Assembly (NCBI GenBank): GCA_004431415.1
Contig: QPMI01000656.1
Coordinates: forward strand, 1 to 64,000
Direction: 5' to 3'
Length of the DNA stretch: 64,000 bases
Source of the DNA: Cyanophora paradoxa CCMP329
Taxonomy: Eukaryota; Plantae; Glaucophyta
Shown: positions 1 through 12,162 of the stretch, piece by piece
How the letters are laid out: each line of letters starts with the position of its first letter
How positions within the stretch are numbered: the stretch's first letter is position 1
Program-made: the position numbers and the translations under genes
Notes under the pieces: generated by a model
The model's database searches: none
What the model saw: only the letters and a program-made list of their open reading frames with translations
What the model was told of the DNA's origin: nothing

Positions 1-896
1 CGAGACCCTCTTTCCCGCCTTCTCCCTCGCGATCCTCATGTGCGGCTTTGCCCGCACTCCCGCGGCCATTCGCACCCCAGAAAACGAACGATTCCCGTAC
101 CCAGGTACCTGACGGTGTTCGGGTACGGCCTGCGGGCGTGGGCCTACCTCGTCGGCTGTACCCACTGCGACCTCTCCGGCCCCTGGTGGTGCGCCTGTAC
201 CCGCCGCCCCGCGCCGTGCCCCGCCCGAGGGGGCGCGCTGCGGCAGGCACGCGACGTGCTGCCGGGAGGCGTGGAACCGCTGGAACCGGCCTGTCCGTAT
301 CCTTGCGCCCGCTCCCGCCGCCCGCGCGCCGTCGCTCCCGTATCTTTGCTCCGTGCGCGCTGCGTGCCTCGACCGCCGCCAGACAACTGGCTCCGGCGCC
401 ACGGCATGAAGGACTGGCGCGCCGTGCCCCCTGCCCCTGCCCCCGCGGAGCCCCTGGCTGACGGGACCGGCGGCGGCGGGGGCGCGCGTGCAGCATGGAG
501 CGGGGGCTGTCGAGGACCGGGGGCCAGCTCGTCGCGATGGCCATCTCCGCCGCCCTCCACGACGCGCGCCGCTTCCTCTCAGACCTGAAGCGCGCATCGA
601 ACGCGCATCGAAGCCGGCGCGCGCCCGGGCGCAGGTCGTCTGGTTCGCGGCGCTGGGGCGGCCGGCGTCGCTGCGGCACCCCCCCTGGATGGCAATCCTC
701 TACGCCGGCCACGGTCCGCCCCCGGGCTCGGCTTGGGGACGGGCCCCGCGCGCTTGGATTTGATCCGGGACGGTGCGCAGTGCCGTTCTTCGGGGCGGAG
801 GGCCTGCGCGGCACGCGGGCGGGCAACGTCGCCCTGTGGGCGGCCCTCCCGTTCGGCCTCGGCCTCCTCTGCTCCCTCTACGCCCACACCCTCTAG
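1..896 (+). CDS. MBOAT-family O-acyltransferase (ACAT/DGAT1-like), 3' part, spliced; 5' end outside the window
   Basis: Spliced translation gives DLSGPWWHATCCREAWNRWNRPVHNWLRRH (MBOAT 'WWN..W..WN.PVH.WL.RH'), SAALHD (catalytic His position) and GNVALWAALPFGLGLLCSLY; stop TAG at 894-896. Both GT-AG and GC-AG introns (e.g. 564-634). Confidence 0.85.
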
Positions 897-1407
897 GCCC
901 CGACTCGCGGCCTGGCCGTGGGCTCACCACGAGATCGATCATTACTTAGTTCTCTAATAGTAGTGCAAGTGGGATTGGTGCTGCCAGCGCCGCGTGCCCA
1001 GCGCCCGGCGGCCGGCGCCAGCGCGCGGGCGCCTGCGCCGGCCGCGACGATACAACTTCGAAACTTGGGAGCGCATGCAAAGCTGAAGGGCACCGGACCG
1101 CGGCGAACGTTAATTAACGCTCGTCCAGCACGAAGCCGCATGCAGCCGCTGAGCGCGCAAGCGCTAGCCCAATACCGCGCCGCAGCGCGTGCGCTTACCT
1201 TGACTTCGACCCCTCCGCCCGGGTACACGCGCAGATCGGTTTTTTTTACGGGTCATCATCAGCTCGGCGTGCGCGGCGCCTCCTTCTGTTCGTCCCAGCC
1301 TGTTCGTTCGACCGACGCAGGTGCGCTGAACCTCATTCCAGAACTATAGCCCGCCCCGCGCGCAGTGCGCGCGCACGAATCGTCGGCTCAGTCGGCGAAT
1401 CGCAGCG

Positions 1408-2887
1408 ATGGACCCCGTGAACGTGATGGAGTACCAGATGGTGGCGAAGGAGAAGCTGCCGAAGATGGTGTACGATTACTACGCGTCGGGCGCCGACGAC
1501 CAGTGGACTCTGCAGGAGGCGCGCTCGGCTTTCGAGCGGATCACCTTCCGGCCGCGCGTGCTCGTGGACGTCTCCGTTCAGGATATGAGCACCACCATCC
1601 TTGGCCAGAAGGTCGCGTTCCCGATCTGCGTGGCCCCGACGGCGATGCAGTGCATGGCCACCGGCCAGGGCGAGAAGGCGACCTCGCGCGCCGTGGCCTC
1701 GATGAACACCCTCATGACCCTTAGCTCGTGGTCGACCACCCCGCTCGAGGAGGTCGCCAAGGCGGCCCCGCACGGCGCGCGCTGGTTCCAGCTCTACGTC
1801 TACAAGGACCGCGCATGCACCGAGCGCCTCGTCCGCCGCGCCCAGGCCGCCGGCTACAAGGCTCTCTGCCTCACGGTGAGCTTTTTCGCCAGCCCCGCGC
1901 AACCCCCGCCGCTTCCCGGCGGACGCGGCTCGTGCGCCCGATCGGATCTAGCACCCGGCGCCGTGTCCCCCAATTCCTTTCTTTGGTTTATTTAGACTTC
2001 TAAACTGCTTTCGCGCAGGTCGACACCCCCCGCCTCGGCCGCCGTGAGAACGACGTGAAGAACCGCTTCCACCTGCCGGACGGCCTCACCATGGGCAACT
2101 TCCTCGACCTCGTCCAGGTGCGCTCGACGCGCTCTCTGGCATGGTACGGCCTTCCTTCGTTTCTGAGCGCGCCGCGGGCCCGCAGGCCGAGATGCCGACT
2201 GACCAGAAGGACTCGGGCCTCGCCGCGTACGTCGCGTCCCTCATCGACCCCACCCTCAACTGGAAGGACGTCGAGTGGCTCAAGACCATCACCAAGTGCG
2301 CCCGCCCCGCGCCCCGCGCCGGCGCCGCCCCGCCCGCCGATCCGGCGCCGGCTGACCGGTTCGCGCCGCGCGCAGCCTGCCGATTGTCGTGAAGGGCGTG
2401 CTGACGGCGGAGGACGCGCTGATGGCGGTGAAGCACGGCTGCGCCGGCATCGTCGTGTCGAACCACGGCGCGCGGCAGCTCGACTACAGCCCGGCGACCA
2501 TCGACGTGCTCGAGGAGGTCGTCAACGCGGTCCGCGGCTACCCGATCGAGGTCTACCTCGACGGGGGCGTCCGGAGGGGCACCGACGCCCTCAAGGCCCT
2601 CGCCCTCGGCGCCCGCGTGCGCCCCGCCCCGCCCCCCGCCCCGCCGCCCCCGCCGCCGCCCCCGCCTCCGCCGACGCGGCGGGTAGGCGGTCTTCGTGGG
2701 GCGGCCGGTGGTGTGGGGCCTCGCGGCGGGCGGCGAGGAGGGCGTGCGCAAGGTGCTGACGATGCTGCGGGACGAGTTCAAGCTCGGCCTCGCGCTGCTC
2801 GGCTGCCAGTCCCTCAAGGACATCAACCGCTCGATGGTCGTCACCCCCGCCGACCGCGCCAAGACCGCCGTCCGCGCCCGCCTCTGA
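1408..2887 (+). CDS. GOX: Glycolate oxidase / FMN-dependent alpha-hydroxy acid oxidase, peroxisomal (5 exons)
   Basis: Motifs [59 protein letters not shown]; four GT-AG introns; C-terminal -ARL is a PTS1 signal. Confidence 0.95.
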
Positions 2888-3387
2888 GCCCTGCCTCCGC
2901 GAGCCCCCTTCTTCTTCCTCTTCCCCCCTCTCCCCTCTCCTGCCCCCTCCCTCCCCCCGCCCCGCCCCTCGGACTGGACCCCGGCCGTCCCGTTGAGGCC
3001 GGCGGCGAATTTTTGCCCTCGCCGCCAACCCTGCCGCCCTCAGTTTAACGAGAAGAGAGCAGCTATGGCATGAAATCAATGCCGCCAGAGCATAGAGATA
3101 GCCTAGTAGGCTGTAGATTGAATCATGAAGTCTTTCGCTCCTGCAGTTCGATCCTCCTTACTGTCAACGTTCGTTTGCATGTAGTTTTCGATGTGAATGG
3201 AATTAACTGAGAAATAAGAAAAGCACATTGAATCTCATCGATATCTATGGACATGCTTTTATGAAAATGCTTGCCTTTCCTACGAAAGAAACTATAGCTA
3301 CGTGTACATGCAACTACACGAGCACTGCTAATACGTGGTTAACGTTCGTGTTCTTGACGGGCGGGGTTAGGCGGGCGGCGGTGGTGG

Positions 3388-6300
3388 TCAGCTGCTCTGG
3401 CCGAAGATGTGGCGGGAGATGCCGGCCTGGAGGAGCTGCAGCGCCGTCCTCCGGACCTGCGCCCCCGCGCGGCGCGTTCGGGCCCCGCCCCCTCCGGCCG
3501 GAGCCCCGCCCCGCCCCGCCCCGCCCCGGCGCACCTTCTTGGGGACGATGCGGTACCCGCAGGCGATGATCGACGCGATGGTCGCTGCGGGGGCGGCGGC
3601 CGCGTCGGGCGCCGGGGCGAGCGCAGCGGGCGGGGGGCCGGGGCCGGGGGCGGACCGCGGGGGGCGATGAGGTTGTCGCGCTGGTCGCCCTCCTCGAGGA
3701 GCTCGTACGGCACCAGCCGGTGGTCCACCTGCGCCCCGCTTCAGCCCAGCTCCGCTCCGCTCCCCGCCCTCGCCTTCCGCCCCGCGGCGCGCGCCCCCGC
3801 GCACCTTCTTCTTCTTGTTGCGGACCTCCCCGTACGTCCAGCCTGCGCCCCCGCGCCCCCTCAGCGCCCCCTCAGCGACCCCGGCCGGCGCCTGCTCGGG
3901 CGGGGGTGGGCGGGGGCGCGCCGTCCTCCTTCTGCTTGTGGGCCCACTCGTTGAAGGCGTTCTTGGCGAGGAGCTCGACGAGGGACTTGTGCTCCTGCTC
4001 GAGCCCCTCGGGCTCCACGACGCGCGGGGCGAAGCGCGGCTTGAGCCGCAGCAGGTCCTCGGCCTGCAGCGCCTCCCCCTCCCGGCCCAGCGCCGCCTCC
4101 TCGAAGGGCCGCGCCGTCGCCTCCAGCCGCCCCAGCGCCCCCTCCAGCCGCTTCTCCTCGCTCACCGCCCCCCCCTCCTCCTCCTCGTCCCTGCGGGCGG
4201 GGCGCGTCGGGCGCTGTTCGGAGGGTTGGGAAAGGGGGTACAGCCCCCGGCGCACTCGAAGGGGCCCGTCTCGATCTGGTACCCGAAGATCTCGATCCCC
4301 CGGATGACCTGCGGGCGCGGGGGGAAGGAGGGGCCGGGAGGTACACGTTCAGCGGGGGGCGGGGCGTGCAGCTCCCGAAGCGGGCGGGTGCGCGCCTGCT
4401 TGACGGTGTCGATGTTCCAAGTCTTCGAGCCGCTGCCGATGTCCTTGAAGGGCGCCAGGTCCTGCCCGCCGTCTCGGCCCGGGCCGCTGAATCGGGGAGG
4501 GGGGCACGGGCGCACGGCGACAGCCCCCTCGGGCGAAGCCTTCGGGTCGGGGCCTTCCCACCAGAAGAACCCCTCCGGCTTGCGCAGCTGCCGGGGGCCT
4601 CGGCGAGGAGCAGGGGCACAAGGCGGGGGGGGGCAGAAGGAAGCGGGCTCGCCTTCTCGATGCACCAGGACTCGTGGGCGAGCTCGGCGATGCGCTCGAG
4701 GAGGCGCGGGTCGAGCTGGTCCACCGGGTCCTCCGTCGTCCCCGCGATCCGCCGCGTGTCGTACGGCTTGGGCACGAAGGGCCGGCTCTTCTCCCGCTCC
4801 GGGATCAGCTTGTCGAAGCACGAGAGGGGGAACGTCGAGAGGAAGCGGACGGTCTCCCGCTTGATCTGCCGCCCCCGCCCTCGGGCCCGCTCCCAAAAGA
4901 GGGGAGGGGAGGGGGGTACCTTGAGCTCGGGGACGCCGGCCTTGCCGCCGCCGGCGATCGTGAGCGCGCTGCGGACGATCTCCTCCATCTGCGCGCCCCC
5001 GGTCAGACAAGGCGCGGGGGGTAGATGGCCCGCGGGAGGGGGTACAGCGCGCCTCGTCGTAGCGGAGGGACTCGCGGATGATCTCGGGGTGCACGCCGCC
5101 CTGCGCGCGCGCAGCAGCGTTCGGGGCCTCAGCGGGGCGGGGCCTCAGCGGGGGCCGGGGGGGGGGGGGGGGGGGGGGGGGCGGGGGGGTGGACGTTGGC
5201 GGCGGTGGCGGCGAGGAGGAAGAGCTCCTCGACGCGCCCGTCGAACTCGTCCGCCAGCTGCATCAGCCGGAAGTACATCCGCTGCGCCCCGGCCCCGCCG
5301 CCCGTCAGCCCGCCCGCCCGAGGGCGAGCGGGCCCGCCCGCCCGCACCGAGACGATCTCGATGTTCTCCGGCTTCTCCTTCAGCTCCGTCAGCTTCAGGT
5401 ACGGGTCCTCAACCTGGGGGTGCGCGTTGGAGGTGCGGGGGAGCGGGGAGCAAGGGGCGCTCGAGCGGGTACCTTCGCGGTGCGCGGGGCGGTGGCGGGG
5501 GCGCCCGGCCGCCGAGAGGGCCGCCTGCTGGGGTCCCGGCGTCGGAACGGAACGGGGCGGCGGCGCGGGGCGGCGGCAGGGGCGCACGTGAGCGGCCATG
5601 GCGCCGGTCTTGGGCGTGGCCGGGGGCTCGCGCTCGCGCGTGGGGAGGCGGGCGGCTCGATCCCTGCGCCATGGCGACGGGGGCGGCCCGGGCGGGCTGC
5701 TGCTGCGCGGACCCTCAGGCGCGCGTGCGGAGGGGGGGGGGGGGGGGGGGGGCGGGGGCGGGGCGGGGCGCACAGGGGGCGAGGGCGCCGGCGCGCTGGG
5801 CCGGGTGGCGTGCGCGAGGGCGGGGGCGGGGGCGGGGGCGGGGCCCCCGAGGTGCTCGTAGACGACTGCGAAGCCAGGGGCCACGCCGGAAGGGGACATC
5901 GGCGCCAGCTCCGCGGGGCCCTTCGCCGGCGTCGCCAGGAGGCCCGCCCCGGCCCCCACGCCGGCCCCCGCGGCCGAGGAGGAGGCAGCGGAGGAGGCAG
6001 CGACGATCGCGGGCACGGAGGCGGCGGCGCCCAGGCCGCCGCCAGGCCCGAGCCGCTCGTCCGCCTTCTTCTCGGTTTTCTCAATCGGCATCATCCGGAG
6101 CGCTCTCGCCTGCGGGCGCCCCGTGAGCCTCGTGGCGGCCTCGAGACCAGCGCGGGCGACGCCGCGCTCGCCTTCCACCTGTCGTACTCCTCCACGGTGG
6201 AGGTCTTGCCGTACTGCACGATCTGCGCGCGCCCCGGCCTCAGCCCGGTGGGCGCGGGGCGGGGCGGCGGGGCGGGCCATCTTGTGGAGGGCGTCGATGC

Positions 6301-9300
6301 TGGAGGCCTCGTGCACGAGGTACGAGATGTTGCGCTTCTCCGCATCCCCGAAGTTCTGCAGCGGGGGCCGGGGCGCGTCGGAGGGCGTCTCCCGACCGGG
6401 GCGGGGCGGGCCGGGGCGGGGCGCACGCCGTCCTCCTTGGTGAGGTCCTCGAGCTGGCGGATGATGGCGAGCATCTCGTCCAGCCCGAACGTCCGCCGCG
6501 CCGGCACCAGCCCCGACACGCCCCCGCCCCCCTTCTCCCGCAGCTCCTGCGCCACCAAAGAGTTGAGGAGGGCGGGGCGGGGCCCGACAGGGTCGGGGAA
6601 GGGGGAGCGGGCCTGGTTGCGGCCGGAGATGCGGATCAGCTCGTGCTCGAGGACGGTGTCCTCGAGGATGGCGCGCGGGTTGTCCATCTCGAACTGCCCG
6701 AACAGCGTCTTCGTCCGGTCCGTGATCTGCCCGAGAGGGGGAGGCGCGTTTTTAGCCGGCGGGCCGCGACCTTGGAAAGGGGCGGCGCGGGGCCGCGGGG
6801 CCGGCCGACCTGGCGCTGCGGGGTGAAGATGGAGGAGACGACGAGCTGGGCGCTCGTGCGGTGCGCGAGGCGCAGGCGGGAGCCGGCGTAGATCCTCCGC
6901 GCCTGCACGGCCCCCGGGGTCGTCCGCAGCACCACCCGGCACTTCAGCGACACGCTCCCGTCGTCCATCGCCGGCTGCCGCGGGGCGGGGCGGGGCGGGG
7001 CGGGGCGCACGCCGGCTCGGCGCCGGCAGAGGAAGGGACGGGCGGTGGGGGAGGGGCGCGCACGTCCTCCACGAGGGCGAGGTGCAGCTCGTGATCCTTG
7101 TTCTTCAGCGCGTTCTGCGGCGCCCCCGCCAGTCAGGGCGAGCCGGGCCGGGCCGGGCGAGGCGGGCCGGGCGGGCAAGGCGGCGCGGGGGCGGGGCGGG
7201 GCACCGGGGGCCGGAGGACGAGGCGGTCGCCGGTCTCGAGGACCTCGAGGAGGAAGAGGACGTACGCCTTCTTCGCCGCCACCACCGCCTTCACCTGCCC
7301 CGCCGCCCCCGCTCGACCCGGACCCCGCCCAGCGCCTCCCGCTGGCGCCCGCGCACCTTCGGGGGCCGCTCGGCGGGGGCATCGAGGCCGCGGGGCACGG
7401 ACTGGAGCCCCATCGCGTCGTCCACAGCCATCCTGCGGGGAGGGCGGAGGGTCTGAGCGAGGGCGGCGGCGGCGGGCGCGGGCCGCGGGGGCGCACTCGG
7501 AAGCCTTGGCGACGATGTCCCCCTCGGGGATCTTCACCTCGCTCTCGTTCACCAGCTCCACCTGCCCCGCCGCCCCGTCAGACCACGCCGCGCCGCGCCG
7601 CGCCGCGTGGCGTCGGATCGCACGAGGACGATGTCGTCGACGGCGACGCTGACGGAAGCGCCCGGGCGGCCCTTCCCCTCCGGCTTCGGGTCCGCTAGGT
7701 GGCTCACCTGCGCTACCGCTTCAAATCCGCCCGCGCTTCTCTGCGGGGGCTCGGGCGGGGGCGCGGGGGGCGCGGGCGCACGCGGGCGCGGAGGGTGAGG
7801 AGCTTCTGGAGGATCGTCATGCGGTCCTCGGGCTCCAGCTCAGATCTGAACTCCGCCTCCCGGTTCACCGCCTCCTCCCCCGCCGACGCGTAGAACTGGG
7901 GGAGGGGGGGGGGGGGGGGGGGGGGGGCGAGCGGGCTCGGCTGAGCGGGTCGGGGTCCGGGCGGGGGGCGCGGCACCTTGCCGACGATGGCGATGAAGAT
8001 GTTGATGAGGATGAGGGACACGACGATCACGAAGGAGAAGTAGAAGAAGCTGCGCCCGGCGGGCGGGCGTCAGGGAGGGAGGGAGGGAGGGGAGGGGAGG
8101 GGGGGGCGGGGAGGAGGAGGGGCCCATGCGCACACGCCGGCGGCGGGGGAGGCGTCGAGGAGGGAGGAGATCTCGAGGCCGCCGCCGAGGTTCCCGAAGA
8201 GCGTCGCGAACGACCCGTAGAACGTCGTGAAGCCTGCCGCACGGGCGCCCCCGCTCCCTCCCTCAGCTCCCTCGCCCACCCGCGCCCCGCCTCTTGGGCC
8301 AGGCGGGCCGGCCGCGCACTGTCGACTTTGTAGCCGAAGGTCACCCAGCCGAAGAAGGCGTAGCCCCTGCGCGGAAGGGGGGGTAAGGGATAAGGGGGCG
8401 TCGGAAGGCCCCTTCAGGGGTACGGCGCACGCGAAGATGATGACGAAGATGACGAGGAAGGCCGCCAGATCGGGGACGGCCTGCGGGGGTACGCGTGTTC
8501 GCTTCGGGAGGGTACGGACGCGGGAGGGGCCGGGGGGTTCGTGCGCGCCTGGCCGACGGTGTTCGTTAGGATGCTGAGCTTCGGCTGCAGCTCGAAGAAC
8601 TGCGCGGGGGGAGGGCTCAGAAGGGGCGGGGGAGGGGCGGCGAGGGGGTGCGCGGGTCGGCGGGCCTTGAAGATGCGGATGCAGCTGAAGAGGATGGCGA
8701 CGCCGGCGAGCTCCTGCGGGGTGCGGGGATGCGTCAAATGAGGGAGGAGAGGCGGGAACGAGGAAGGAGGGGAAGGAGCGCGCCTGCATGCGGATGGTGT
8801 AGTCGACGGCGGTGCTGAGGTCGTAGAAGAGGCCCTGGTCCAGCTCCCCCACCTCGGGCTGCCCGCCCCGCCGCCCCCGCTCGCTCGGGCCCCGCCGGGG
8901 GGGCGGGGGGCGAGGGGCGGGGGGGCGGGGTGGCGCACCCGGAGGACCTGCTGCATGCCGGAGGACCAGGTGAGGTACTCCCCGTACTTGAAGAAGCTGC
9001 CGATCGGGAGATCGGGCGGGCGCCAGCAAGGTCAGAGGGGCCCGGGGCGGGCGGGGCGGGCGGGGCGGGCGGGGCGGGGCGGACAGGGCGATGATGAGGC
9101 CGAGATTCGTCACGTCGAACATGTTGAACCAGTCCCTGCCGCCCGCGCGAGGTGAGCTCTAGAGAGACAGATGCGAGGCCGGCGGGGCGCCGAGGCGGGG
9201 CGCGGGGCGCACGTGATGTAGGGGATGAGGCCCTCGCGCCACATCTGGCGCCCCTCGCTGAACAGGTAGACTGCGGGGCGCGGCCGCGAGCTCGTTAGGC

Positions 9301-11502
9301 CGGCGCGGAGGGGCGCGAGCCGGCGCGAGCCGGCGGGCGGGCGGGCGGGCGGGCGGGCGGGGCGCGCTTCCGAGGAAGATGATGAAGAAGACGCCTGCGG
9401 CGAAAACGAACAGTCAGCGGGGGGCGAAAGGGGGCGCGGGCGCGCAAGCGAGGCGGCGCGCGCCGAGGCCGAAGACGGTGCTCGAGCGGCCGTTGACGTC
9501 GATCTGCGTGCGCGGGTGCGGGCCTTCAGAAGGGGGGCGGGCGGGGCGGGGGCGGGGCGGGGGCGGGGGCGGGCCTGGACGGAGTTGGCGCGGGCGGAGT
9601 TGAAGGCCTGGCCCATCGCCTGGAACTCGGAGAGGAGCTCCACCACCAGGTACGTCCCTGCCGCCCGTGAGCGAGGCGGGGCGGGAGGGACGGCGGGGGC
9701 GGGGGCACCGGTGTGGCGGTTGTAGAGGTTGAAGGTCGCCGTGACCGCCCGCGTCAGCTCGTCGTGCCACTGCGCCCCCCGTCGTCAGCCGTCGGCCGCA
9801 CGGCCGGCGACGGGCGCGCTTCCGGTCCCCGGCCTCGCCCAGGAGCAGCTCCCCGCCCCCGCAGTCCCCTGGCGCGGGCGCGGGCGCGGGGGCGGCACCT
9901 TGTTGTCGATGAGGGCCTGCACCGCACCCACCGCCTCCGCCTCCGGCACCGGCACGTCCACCACGTACCCCCCGCGCCCGTAGGACCAGCTGTACCCCCC
10001 GTCCCGCAGGAAGGCCGCCGAGGGCCGAAGCTCGGGGAGCCCCTCCCGCCACGTCCACGTCACGTTCTCGTTCCCGTACGCGCTCCGGTCCTCCCCCGCG
10101 TCCTGCCGGGTACCCGATTCCTCGTCAGGGGATGGGGGTGCGTGTGCCGGGCGCGCGGGCGCGCCTTGAACTGGCCGGAGCAGCGCGTGGTGGGGTCCTG
10201 CGTCCACGTGCAGGGGCGGGGCATTCCCCGGACCTTCGGGGGGGGGGGTAAGCAAACCTTGGAGAAACCTTTCCGGGGCCCGGGGGGGGGGGGGGGTACC
10301 TGGCGGAGGCGTAGGGCGCCGAGGCGGGTGAAGAACATGGCGACGTCGGGGTTGCTGTCCGGGTCGATGAGGGGGATCAGCGTCCCCTGCACGTACGCGT
10401 AGAAGTCGCCTGCCGCGCCCCCCTCCCGCGTGAGCCGCGCGGCGCGGCGCGGCCGGCGTCGGGGCGGGGCGGGGCGGGCTGACTCATGGTGTTGATGGCG
10501 GCGTAGGCGGAGTTGTCGGCGCCCCTCGCCACGAAGTTGAGAAAGGCGCCCGAGTCCAGCTGCGCGCCGCGGCGGCGAGGCGCGCGCCCGCCCCGGCGTC
10601 GCTTCGGGGGGGGGGGATGGAGGGCGGGGGGCGGGCCGGCGGCGGGCGCGCACGAAGGAGCCGACTTGGGACGGGGCGTACTGGATCGGGATCTGGGGGG
10701 GCGTGAGGGGCGGCGGGCGCGGGGCGCCGGGAGTTGGGGGAGGCGTGTGCGAAGCCGAAGAGACTCGACGCACGACATTGACGACCACTGCGCGCAGAAG
10801 GCGTAAGCTCGGGGAGGCAGAGGCGGGGCGGGGCGGCCGGGCGGCCGGGCGGGGGCGGGGGCGCGGGGGCGGGCGCACGGTAGAAGAAGATGGCGGTGAA
10901 CGCGATATAGATCAGCAGCTCTGCGGTCAGGTCAGGCGGGGCGCGAGCGGCGGCGAGCGGCAGCCGTGCGGCGGCTGCCCGCTGGGGGTCACCGACTGCG
11001 TGGGTGGAGCTGGTCAGGGGCTGAGGGACGCTGGGGCGGGGGCCGCGCGAAGCGCACGGTAAAGCTGCGTCTGGCGTAGGTACGACTTGTTCACGCTGCG
11101 CGGCCGTTAGCTATGCCGCGACGGCCACGCTGGAAGGCTGCAGACCGGATGAAGATTTCGGCGCGGCGGACCTGCCGCGAGGGTGAGCCGGAGCGAGCGG
11201 CGGAAACCCGAGATCGGACGCACGTTGAGCTTGATGTTCCCGTAGCGCTTTTTGATGAGGTTCGCGAGGTTCTGGTGCTCCTCGAGCGCTTCTTTCTGCT
11301 TGTCTTGTGCGTTTGCGAAGCCCAGTGTATCAAAGAAGCGGCGCCTAGTCTTAGAGCCATCCGCAGCTTTCAAGCTTTTGGCGCTCGGCGGCCTCCCCGG
11401 CGAGCTCGACGGGCCTCGCTCGGCTGCCGGGCCCTCGGGCACTGCCAGCGCGACCCGGCTCTTAGGTCCGCTGGCCGGCTTCTCGGGGCCGACTCGGTTC
11501 AT
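3388..11502 (-). CDS. Polycystin-2/TRPP-like cation channel with a long cytosolic tail carrying two RyR repeats (PKDRR-like architecture); about 40 short introns
   Basis: TOP domain (LGALRLRQVR, YGRGGYVVD, WHDELTRAVTATFNLYN), DWFNMFD, IRIFKFFELQPKLSILTNTV, pore region GYAFFGWVTFG..FTTFYGSFATLF, S6 LINIFIAIV. The frame continues through spliced exons to RyR repeat 1 (PFVPKPYDT..LLERIAELAHESWCIEK..DLAPFKDI..VIRGIEIFGYQI, ~4270-4780) and repeat 2 (LVELLAKNAFNEWAHKQKEDGWTYGEVRNKKKKVDHRLVPYELL..ATIASIIACGYRI, ~3545-4050); stop TGA at 3388-3390. Confidence 0.85.
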
Positions 11503-12162
11503 CTCTCGGCCCCTTGGCTAGCGCGCTGCCGGCCGGACTTCAAACGCGCCGCCCGTCGTCCCTCGCCGGCTTGAATCGCCGCACTATCGGGAGTTTGCAG
11601 CTGAATGAAAAGACGATCGCTAGAGCTGATGAGCGGCCGGCTGTGAGCTGCTGGGCGCGTTTCCTACGACGCAGTGGACACACCAATTCGGGCAGTGAAA
11701 ATTCCGGAGTCGAACCGGGGACTGCCGGTGCCAAGATTTCCCCCCTCCCGAGTCCCTCGGACTCCCTCCCCCCTCGTGGGGGGCGAAACGCTTAGCGGAA
11801 GAGGACCTACCCTAGAGGTCGAACAATGCCGAGCGCGCGCCGCGGCGCCGGCGCGGCATGCCGCCAGGCGCCGGCCGGAGAAGGGAGCGTCGGACAACTA
11901 GAAGCCTTGAGGGAGCAGCTGCAGCTGCCTCGCGCGCGCCCACTATCAGCTGCAGCTGTATGAGGTGAGACTCGCCGCCGCCGCGGCCGCCGCGCTGGAC
12001 GACGCGTACGGGCGGCGGGATTGCAATTGAATGCGGCTTCGAGGCGCTCCCCGCGGCCGCGGATTGCGCGTACGCGGCCGCGGGTCGTCGAATTCTCCCG
12101 GATCTGCATGCGCAGCGGCCGCGGGCGGCCGCGGCGGGGACGCGGTCGGCGGCGTCGGTCCC

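Noticed and set aside
4366-6826. Long plus-strand ORFs (586 aa, 582 aa) and similar Arg/Pro/Gly-rich ORFs across the window
   Set aside because: They are antisense or off-frame products of very high GC content and overlap well-supported spliced genes.
11704-11722. tRNA gene on the minus strand (GGTTCGACTCC B-box / T-arm)
   Set aside because: No acceptor stem, D-arm or anticodon arm could be built around it.
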